From the human T2T-CHM13v2.0 reference genome, Homo sapiens: 64,000 nucleotides of DNA. Every line of letters starts with the position of its first letter. Position 1 is the first letter of the stretch. Positions 45,727 through 58,559 of this stretch are shown here, piece by piece. The stretch is taken from the NCBI RefSeq assembly GCF_009914755.1, contig NC_060936.1; one strand, given 5' to 3'. The notes below the pieces were generated by a model. It was given only the letters and a program-made list of their open reading frames with translations. It had not been told where the DNA came from and did no database searches. Made by a program: the position numbers and the translations under genes.

Positions 45727-46505
45727 TGTGAGATGATAGATATTACTATCTATATGTATCCCATAACATGTTGTAAACCTTAAATACACACAATAAAATT
45801 TATTTTAAAAAAACATAACACCACCAAAAGTTCAGGGTTTGGAGAGCTTCTGGGTTGCTGAACAGGTAGAGCTGCTACAAAGGTGGTATACTCAGAGTGG
45901 GCACAACAGCTCCATACCTGTTCCCCCATACCTTGCCCTACATATCTCTTCTATCTGGCTGTTCCTGAGTTGTATCCTTTTATAATAAACAGTATTTGTG
46001 GAGCTGGAGACCATTTTCCTTAGCAAACTAACATAGGAACACAAAACCAAATACCACATGTTCTCATTTGTAAGTGGGATCAGAATGATGAGAATACATG
46101 GACACAAGCGGGGGAACAACACACACTGGGGCCTGTTGGAGGCTGGGGAATGAGGGAGGGAGAGTATCAGGAAGAATAGCTAATGGATGCTGGGCTTAAT
46201 ACCTAAGTGATGGGATGATCATAAAAGTTGGAAATAAAAATAAATAAATGGTATTTGTAAGTAAAGCACTTTCTGTGAGCTGCTCTTGCAAATGATTGAA
46301 CCCAAGGAGGGGCTTGTAAGAACCCTCAGTTTATAGTTGCCTGGTCAGAAGTTTTGGAGGCCTGGGACCTGTGAATTCGTTTCTGTATTGGGGGTTAGTC
46401 TTGTGGGACTGAGTCCTTAGCCTATGGGATCTTAACCCAGTTGGTGTCTGCTGGGGAACTGATGTGTGGGCATGCCAGAAGTGAAGTGTTGAGTATTATG
46501 AGTGA

Positions 46506-46848
<343 letters not shown>

Positions 46849-47724
46849 CCTGTTTAGGTCTTACATTTAAATTTTGTGGAATCTGGTTTTGGCATTAACT
46901 ATTCTGCAATGATTACATTATTTGGAATTATTTCTTTTTTATATGTGGAATTATTTCTTTTTGTCTAGTATATTATGATTGAAAAAACTAATAAGCTGAA
47001 AGGGATAAAAAAGTCATAATTAAGGATTAATCTTTGGTTGAATTCTATATATTTATAAATTGGTCTGTATTTGTGTATGAGAATTCTATAAACATTGATT
47101 GCTGAGGCTTTTTAGCATGTCCTTAATTTATAATTGGTTTTGCAGTTGCTTCCTTTTGTGGTTGTAATAATTTCACTCACATATTGAATGTAGGCACTAT
47201 AGCTCTGATCCATGTGTTCATAATGCATTTCTTAGCAACCACCAGTGTTCTTTTTAGGAGCTGTGTTTTTAAGAGGCATTGGGGCTGCAGCTTTGAGGAG
47301 GACTCAAAAGATATCTTTTTCTATTAATACAGCACAAGCAGCAACATAGATTACAATAGTTTTGACACCTTCTGCATTACTATAGACCAAAATTAAAGGG
47401 TTTAAATTTATCTCCAGTATTTAATATCAATGTGTTATCGCTTTTTTCCTGGCCTCATCAACACATTAAACATTATGAATGGTTCCTTGTATATTACGCC
47501 CCAATTGGAGTTTCTTTTTTTTAACTTATTTTTATATACCTTTCATTAAAAGTTGTAGAACATTTTACAGATGCTAATTATATTTCACAATGCTCCTTTA
47601 AAAGTTGTAAGCTTTTATTTTCCACTTTAATGGTAAAATAGTTGCAAATATGTATTTAATTTACTAGATCACCACTTAACCATGACAACTTTCCCTTCTT
47701 TTTACTCCTCAGTCCTCCATGACA

Positions 47725-47907
47725 ACTCTGCTAAATAGAATTGTCTGCAGTGATGAAAATGTTTTATATCCTCATGTCCAGTATGGCAGCCACTAGCGTT
47801 TGAAATAGAGCTAGTGTGACTGGGAAACAGAATTAATTCTATTTCACTAATTAAAAATAAAATATAGTCACATATGGCTAGTGGCTACTGTATTGGACAG
47901 CACAGCT
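47725..47907. mobile_element. MER3-like hAT transposon within L2 remnants
   Basis: ATATGGCTAGTGGCTACTGTATTGGACAGCACAG end. Confidence 0.7.
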
Positions 47908-48462
47908 CTCCAGTCTCCACCATCCCAACAAACTGCTATTGTGGTTTACCTGCTAATTGCCAAATCCAGTCAATATGTTTCTTTGATCTTTCTCTGGCAT
48001 TTGATTGACTGTGTCCTTATTTTATAAACTCTTTCTTTGGCATCTGTGCCTTCACTGTCTCTTGATTCTTAATTTTTCTGCGGATGATATCGATGGTTTT
48101 AGATGTCTGCACTTGGCTCTTACATTGTCTTAAAGCACACTTTAGCTATTCATTCAACATTTACTGGGTATCAGTTTTGTGGTGCTAGGAAGAACTTACT
48201 CCCTCCTTCAGGAAATTCCCCTGGCCTCAGCTGGCATTACTGCTAAAGATTATAAAATCAATCTCTTCCTCACTTGCGTTTATTTCTTCAGAAGTCCAGA
48301 CTCATGTACTTAACTTCCTATTGATAGTTGGTTCTGGTTGTCTCATGAGTGCCTCAAGTGACTACTTAGTACTGAACTTATCTCCACTCCTATATAAAAG
48401 CAAAAAACCTTCCACCTATTACTCTTCACATGATCATACATCTACTGCTTCTTAATTATAAT

Positions 48463-48806
48463 ATCCCCCCCTTATCCTTAGGGGATATGTTCCAGGATCC
48501 TCAGTGGATCCCTGAAACTCAGATAGTACTGAACCCTGTGTATACTCTGTTTTACCAGTCCGACAACTGAGAGGGCTACTAAGTGACTAACAGGTGGGTA
48601 GTATATAAAGATTGAATATGGGACAAAGGGAGGATTTATGTCTTGGGCAGGATGAAGCAGGATGGCACAAGATCTCATCATACTACTCAGAACAGCATGC
48701 AGTTTAAAACTTAAGGATTGTTTGTTTCTGGAGTTTTCCATTTAATATTTTTGGACTGCAGTTTACAGCAGGTAACTGAAATCTCAGATAAAGTGGGGAC
48801 TACTGT
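48463..48806 (-). mobile_element. MER44A-like Tigger7 element
   Basis: TCCCCCCTTATCC ... GGGGACTACTG termini. Confidence 0.75.
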
Positions 48807-49374
48807 ACTTGTAAAGCCTCTAATCTCATCTTTCTTTCACACATCTTGTCATATTTATTGTCCTGGCTCTCAGGAGCAGGAACCCAAAGCATAGATTCTT
48901 GCTCATTTTTCTCTTCCTGATACATCCAAAGGTTCCAATTTCTACTTGTAGCTCTTTCCCTCTTTGTTAATTTATCAGTTGATGTCTAAGCTCCTTGAAG
49001 GAGCTCTTCATGATCTCGTTTCAGGGTGAATATCCTATGCTCTAGGTGTGCTAAGCCAATAGTATTTCCCCCAAACACCGTTTCCTTTTCCTTTTCTTTG
49101 TTTTCCTAGAGAGAACTTATCAACTCTAACACCATTTTCTACTACTCCCTTCTATAGACAAAGTCAGAACAGTTGTTTCTCCTCTTTCCATCATCATCAC
49201 TATAGCTGCCTTAGATTAAATGCTTCCTATGTGTCAGGCACTATTCTGAGTGTTCTGTATTATCTTATTTAATTCTTAAACAGCACAGTCAGCTGTAGGT
49301 ACTGAAACTCGGGCACAAAAGTTAAGAAACCTTTTTTTCTTTTTTCACTTTTGTGTGATTATTTTTGGGAAAAA

Positions 49375-52440
<3,066 letters not shown>

Positions 52441-53171
52441 TTCAAAACAGGTTTCACTGGACCCAAATCAGAATGTCTGCAGGGCTGCGTTTACTTTGGA
52501 GGCTCTAGGGAGAATATATTCCCTTGCGTTTCCCAGTTTCTAGAGGCCGCCACCTTCCCAAGTAGCTGGGGTTACAGACACGCGCCACCGCGCCCAGCCA
52601 ATTTTTTGTATTTTTAGTAGAGATGGGGTTTCGCCATGTTGGCCAGGCTAATCTGGAACTCCTGACCTCAGGTGATCCACCCGCTTCCACTTCCCAAATT
52701 GCTAAGCTAACAGGTGTGAGACACCGCACCCGGCCACTAAACAGAATTTGTTATCTGATCATGATTCAAACAAAGAATCTAAAGTTAGGGGCTCAGAAAC
52801 TTTTTTCTTCCAACAAATAAATGAACAAAGTCATTGATATGTCTTCCCTAGCCTTTGTTCTTATTCTCATCTCTAGTCTGATGTCCTTTGAGTAGACTGC
52901 CTTACACTGACAAATGCCATGCCAAACTTCTATATTCAGTAATGTAGTTTGTTAATGTTTTCCTTCTCATTCAGGTATTGTCAGCAGATCTCATGGATAG
53001 AGGTTTAAATGGCCTCTGGTAATAGTGACAATGCAAGGGCGAGAAAGGTTCCGCTTTCTTTTTTGTGTCTCTCTTTTAGATGTCAGCATCATAATTCTGC
53101 CAACTCAGTTAGCTAAGTATTTGGCTAGTTATTTTCATTCTCAGCTAACCAGAATGTGTTTTACCTTTTAG

Positions 53172-53366
53172 GTTTACCGACAAGACTGTGAAACTTTCGG
53201 GATGGTGGTGAAAATGCTGATTGAAAAAGATCCTTCATTAGAAAAGTCTATACAGTTTGCATTGAGGCAGAATTTACATGAAATAGGTGAGCGGTGTGTT
53301 GAAGAACTCAAGCATTTCATTGCAGAGTATGATACTTCCACTCAAGATTTTGGAGAGCCTTTTTAG
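53172..53366 (+). CDS. PPHLN1: Periphilin-1 terminal coding exon (C-terminal helical region; 64 aa plus TAG)
   Basis: TTTTACCTTTTAG acceptor, phase 0; VYRQDCETFGMVVKMLIEKDPSLEKSIQFALRQNLHEIGERCVEELKHFIAEYDTSTQDFGEPF*; internal donor TAG|GTGAGC after 53286. Confidence 0.96.
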   Translation, partial: VYRQDCETFGMVVKMLIEKDPSLEKSIQFALRQNLHEIGERCVEELKHFIAEYDTSTQDFGEPF

Positions 53367-53498
53367 ATTTTTCTGCTCAGGCTAAAAAAAAAAAAAAACA
53401 GTTTCTAAAAATTTTTTTTCCTGGATTGTGTAAATCCTTAATATATGGAATTTTTGTGATGCAGAGAAATACTTTATGATAGTTGACAACATTTCAGT

Positions 53499-53793
53499 AT
53501 TAAATAAACATCTAAAATAGTCTGTTTAAAATGTTTGATTCAAATTTTTGTATTTTTTGTAGAGATGGGGTTCACCATGTTGGCCAGGCTAGTCTCTAAC
53601 TCCTGGCCTCAAGTGATCTGCCTGCCTCAGCCTCTCAAAGTGTTGAGATTACAGGCGTGAGCCACCGCTCCCTGCCCAACACATATACCATCTGAAAATG
53701 TTAGAATTCTGAGTTGTGATTTTATTGACTTGTTGCTTGCTTTTTCTTAGGCTTTGTAACTTGTAATATGTTAAAGTGTACTATCCTAATAAA
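53499..53793 (+). terminator. Proximal polyadenylation signals of PPHLN1 flanking an antisense Alu monomer (53543-53678)
   Basis: Overlapping ATTAAA/AATAAA at 53499-53508 and AATAAA at 53788-53793. Confidence 0.6.
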
Positions 53794-54055
53794 CTGAATA
53801 CTTTGGTATCTTAGAGAATATTTGCTTTGAGAGTAATTCTCATTCAATGATAAAATAGAGCACTTAAATCTCTGAGAGATACCTCAGAAAAAAATCCGTT
53901 TTTCCAAGTAATGAACTCAGTGTCTTCTATTACAATAATCCTGAAACTCCTGACTCTCTCACTGATGTATGAGTCTTAAATAATATCATATACAAGACTA
54001 ATAAATAGAAGATGCAGTTTGAGGTGGAAGGTGAGGGATATTTTAAGTTTCGGAC

Positions 54056-54519
54056 TGTAGGAAATCAGTCAGGGTGGTAGGAGAAGCTATAAGGAAAGAC
54101 GCAAACCTTCTTGGAAGGCTGGGAGGTTTTGCAAAGCTTCAGAGAGAATAAAGCTGAAGGCAGCTAATTCTCTTACCCCGAGGCTGAGGGCGAAGAGTAG
54201 GTAACAAGGTAGTGTAAAGAAATTTATCTAGATAAGTTTGTTTACATATGTCCTCCAGAAACCAACCCTTGATCAGTGCAAGACTGCTCCCTGCAAAGGG
54301 GGGCGACAATGTTCATTACTCACAAATTGTGTTGGCTTCAGGCCTTTGGCGTTCTGTCTGTACCGAATAAATACAAGCGGCTCCAGCTTATCAGGACTGC
54401 ACTCTCTTTTGGGCTGCGCTAAAGCCGGCAGTCCCCTAGCCATTCTTACACAAAATACCTGCGTCTGAATACTCCTTTCATCCGGTCGCTCGGCCAGAGT
54501 CTGCAGGACAGACTTGGCA
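54056..54519 (+). promoter_or_regulatory. 5' LTR (LTR22-like)
   Basis: TGTAGGAAATCAGTCAGGG ... GACAGACTTGGCA; about 90% identical to 58560-59013 by hand alignment. Confidence 0.92.
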
Positions 54520-54598
54520 GCAGGTACCCCCTGTGAGGAACACTGAAATGGATCACGACGGAACCCCCGAAAACGAAGGCGAAGAGACTGCGCAGTCA
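54498..54598 (+). CDS. PPHLN1: HERV-derived PPHLN1 alternative exon 1 (U5/PBS/leader)
   Basis: CCAG acceptor in U5; retroviral major donor TCA|GTAAGT; 101 nt, phase 1 to 0; (E)SAGQTWQQVPPVRNTEMDHDGTPENEGEETAQS in frame with the donor at 53286. Confidence 0.8.
54522..54539 (+). other. Primer binding site, tRNA-Met
   Basis: AGGTACCCCCTGTGAGGA matches TGGTGCCCCGTGTGAGGA (complement of elongator tRNA-Met 3' end, recalled) at 15/18. Confidence 0.85.
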
Positions 54599-54662
54599 GT
54601 AAGTCATTGGTGCCCGCTCGGGATTTCCAAGTTCAGGGGAATTCTCAAGCTAGGGTTTCATC

Positions 54663-55410
54663 ATGGGACAACAGCTATCCACACAACAGAAACAGTATAT
54701 AAAAGTATTGAAACAACTGCTTAAAGCTAGCAGAGCCTCGGTTTCGCAGGCTCAATTAAGGGACCCAGTGCAAACTGTTGTTTCCCATAACCCATGGTCC
54801 CCAGAAGAAGGCACGCTGGACCTAGAGCTTTGGGAAAAAGTGGGGAGAAATCTTAAACGATATCATGCACAAGGGCAATGGGTCCCAGTAAAATCTTTAA
54901 CGTTATGGGCCTTAGTTAAGGCTACTTTGGCCTTGCTCTACACAGAAGAGCCTAAGAAGGGAAAGGAGGAGGAACCATCACCTTATCGCCTCCTCTTCCT
55001 CCCTCAGTCCTGCCGTTACCAGATAAAGATACCAAAGAGGAAACGGAGGTTTTCCCTGAGCCCCCTCCCCCAATAAATTGGAAAAAAGACAACAGATACA
55101 CTACAGCTATGGGACCCTGTTTTAGGCAAGCGGCATTAGAAGGGGACCTCTTGGCCTGCCCAGTGATACAAAATTGACAAGGCAATCAAGTATATGAACC
55201 CATTACTTTTTATGCTTATAAAGAGATAAGAAAAAGCATTAGAGAAAATGGAGCTGCTAGTAGCCCATTTACGAAAGGATTAATTAAGGCCATAGCAGAC
55301 AACTTCCATATAACCCTATAGGACTGGTCAGTGCTAGCTAAAACAATTTTAGAGGCCAGTCAGTACCTCCCCTGGAGGACAGAATTTGATGAATTATATA
55401 AACAGCAAAC
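54663..55410 (+). pseudogene. gag: gag remnant (MA to N-terminal CA)
   Basis: MGQQLS myristoylation start, NPWSPEEGTLDLELWEKVG matrix motif, CA start CPV at 55157; frameshifts and stops; truncated by deletion. Confidence 0.9.
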
Positions 55411-58059
55411 CTCTTTCTAGTAGTAGAACACTGGCCTTTAAAGGGAGAGAAATTACAACTGAGCCAGTAAATTAGTTGAGCAATTAAAAGCCGGCCATAT
55501 AGAACCATCAAACAGCCCTTGGAATTTGCCCATTTTCGTCATTCCCAAAAGGTCTGGCAAATGGAGACTTTTGCATGGCTTACAAGCTATCAATGCTAAT
55601 TTGCAATCTATGGGGCCCCTTCAACAGGCTCCCTTCCCCCGCAGCAGTTTCTCAAGATTGGCCTATAGTTGTTACTGACTTAAAAGACTGCTTTTATACT
55701 ATTCCCCTTGCAGAACAGGACAGAGAAAAATTTGCATTTACAATACCAGCTATCAACAATGAAAGGCTAGCTCACCTATTTTATTAGAAAGTACTTTCTC
55801 AAGCAATGCTGAACAGTCCTACCATGTGTCAGTATTATGTAAATCAGGCTTTGCTCCCCAGGAGAAAAGAATATCCTAGTTGCAAGATTATTCATTTTAT
55901 GGATGATATTTTACTAGCAGCTCCAATGGAGCCAGTACTTTTGAGTTTATATGCCTCTGTCATAAGGAATACACAGTTAAGAGGTTTAATCATAGCACCT
56001 GAAAAAGTACAGATGTCCTCACCTTAGAAATATCTTTACATACTAACTTCCTGGTCAATAAGACCTCAAAAGGTTAAATTAAATACTAGCAACTAACATA
56101 CCTTAAATAATTATCAAAAATTGCTAGGCGATATTAACTATCTTTGCCCCACCTTGGGCATAACTACTGATAAATTACAGAACCTGTTTTCTATCCTAAA
56201 AGGCAGTATAGCCCTAGACTCTCCTAGGTATTTAACCCCCACAGCAAAAAGAGAAATTGAGGAAATCAAGCTATTTCTCAGAGGCAACTAGATCGCATAG
56301 ACCCACAATACTCAGTCCAATTGTTTGTTCTTCCTATTAAACATTTCCCCTACAGGATTAATAGGACAGATGGCCCCAGGGCTGCACTTCCTAGAATAGG
56401 TTTTTTGCTCACATACCAGGACTAAAACACTATCTCCCTATATCCAGCTAGTTAGTAAAGTCATCTATACAGACAGCGGATGATGCCATCAGTTGCTAGG
56501 TTATGACCCTGATGTCATAAGAATTCCCTTGAGTAAAAAACAATTTGAAGCAGTCTTGCCCCTATCTCTAGACCTTCAGATAGCACTCTCTGATTATGCA
56601 GGCCATATAAAACATGCCCTTCCTGCTGACAAACTACTTCAGTTCTTATCTAGTACTTCTGTAGTTATTCCTACAAAGGTAGTTTCCTCCCCCATACCTA
56701 ACGCTGTAATGCTTTTTACCGATGGCTCTCGTAAAAATGGAAAAGCGGCTATCTGGTGGAAACCACATAACTCCCTCACTCCATCGAGATTTACTAGTAC
56801 TCAGAGAGCTGAGGTTGGAGCCCTAATATTGGCCCTAGAAACTTTTTCTGTTCAGCCCATCAATATTGTTAGTGACTCTGCTTACTCTGTTTATTTATTG
56901 CAGAACCTTGAAACAGCCCTCATTAAGTCTACTCTCGAGCCGGCCCTGTGTGCCTTTTTTCTTTGACTTCAGTAATTGCTAAATCAATGTACACATTCTA
57001 TTTTTATCACACATATTTGAGCCCACAGCTCACTGCCTGACCCACTGGCTTATGGCAATGATCAAGCAGACCTGCAGGTTATGATGTCACTGCTTAACCA
57101 AGCCACCCAATCACATCAATTTTTCCACCAAAATTAGAGAAACTTAACTAAACAATGTCAACTTACCCAGAGACTAGCTAAACAAATTATCCTGCAATGC
57201 CCAGATTGCCAGCTCACAGGCACGTCCCCTCCTTCAACAGGTGTTAACCCTAGAGGACTAGAACCTAATCAGTTATGGCAAACAGATGTTACACATGTCC
57301 CTGAATTTGGAAAACTAAGATATATACATGTATCCGTTGACACCTATTCTCACCTAATTAGCGCACATGCTCTTCCTGGAAAGTCCACCCCATCTGTCAT
57401 TAAACATCTTTTAACTTTTATGTTTATGGGGCAGCCCACAAAAATTAAAACTTAATAATGGTCCGGCTTATGCCAGCTCACTCAACAATTTTGTCACACT
57501 TGGAGCGTCCAACATTCCACAGGCATCCCGTACAACCCCCAAGGACAGGCCGTAGTAGAACGTGCCCACTTCACCCTTAAAAATATGCTCAGAAAACAAT
57601 GGAGAATATGAGTAAAGACCCTGCAACACTACTAGCACAAGCCTTACTTACCCTTAATTTCTGAAATTTAGATGATAAATTTCAGTCAGCTATAGAAAAG
57701 CACTTTGCTAAAACCTCTCCAGACATAAAACTGCAGTTTTATGGAAAGATGTAAATAGTAATATATGGCATGGTCCAAATGTTTTGCTAACATGGGGAAG
57801 AGGATATGCTTGTGTTCACATCCCCTCAGGCCCTCTTTGGATTCCAGCACGACGCATCAAACCATACCATAGTGGGGCTAGGACCCAACCCAGTACCAGA
57901 AATGAAGGAAACGACCCTGCAGGCCCCGCAGCCCCCGCAGGCCCCGCAGCCCCTGCAGCCCCGGAAGAAACGGGTTCGTCGGACGACACAGCTTCGTCGG
58001 ACGACAGGAGCCCCAGACATTACCTGGGGGATGCTGAAGAAGACAACTCAGGAGGCTGA
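55411..58059 (+). pseudogene. pol: pol remnant (RT, RNase H, integrase)
   Basis: [91 protein letters not shown]; many stops and frameshifts. Confidence 0.95.
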
Positions 58060-58147
58060 GAGGATCCTGCTCCGAACACAGACACCATTCACTCCAGAAA
58101 ATTTGTTCCTTGCTATGCTCTCTGTTGTACATTGCAACTCACGCAAG
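57923..58147 (+). CDS. PPHLN1: HERV-derived PPHLN1 alternative exon 2: env leader/Rec-like domain (alternative in-frame acceptor gives start 57830)
   Basis: CCCTGCAG acceptor and AAG|GTATTG donor; 225 nt, phase 0/0; APQPPQAPQPLQPRKKRVRRTTQLRRTTGAPDITWGMLKKTTQEAERILLRTQTPFTPENLFLAMLSVVHCNSRK. Confidence 0.8.
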
Positions 58148-58559
58148 GTATTGGTCCTTTTTATTCTCTCACTTTGCCTGTTACCCGTACCTACTATACC
58201 CTATTAAGCCCATTTTCTAAATCTGCCTTTTTTCAGCCCTATTCCCTTCCCAGCGTCTAGCAGTGTGACTTTTTAGCTAGGAGGGACTAACATACCCCCA
58301 GTGGGGTTCCTCAGTAACAGCCATATGGAAGGATATGCAAAAAAAAATCTCTCCTAGAAAGACCCCCACTCCTGGGGGTCGCTTCTTAGTTAGAAAAGAA
58401 TATTACTAATTATACTCATGTTTGTCTCTTGTTGTTTACTAATTCTAGGATGTAAAGCCAGAAAACAAGCAGTAACTGCTATGCCTGACAAAACTGTTGC
58501 TGCACACATCTGTACTCGTCAATCAACAAAACCTGATGCAAAAAACAGAAAAGGGGTGA
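58148..58559 (+). pseudogene. env: env remnant: start of SU fused near 58320 to the TM anchor and cytoplasmic tail
   Basis: Signal-peptide hydrophobic stretch, stop at 58205-58207, then hydrophobic ILLIILMFVSCCLLILG running to the PPT. Confidence 0.75.
58449..58475 (+). CDS. PPHLN1: HERV-derived PPHLN1 alternative last coding exon (DVKPENKQ*)
   Basis: TTGTTGTTTACTAATTCTAG acceptor just upstream of the 3' LTR; phase 0; frame differs from env TM. Confidence 0.75.
   Translation, partial: DVKPENKQ

Noticed and set aside
54286-54307. CTCF-like motif in the identical LTR block
   Set aside because: Several mismatches to the core consensus; not supportable without a PWM scan or ChIP data
54663-56966. 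Gag (137 aa) and RNase H (157 aa) ORFs as domesticated proteins
   Set aside because: Fragments bounded by frameshifts and stops; they lie inside the intron of the spliced product
57826-58132. Minus-strand ORFs with CRGCGACGGC or GLRGLRGL repeats
   Set aside because: Antisense by-product of the 9-nt repeats; no supporting signals
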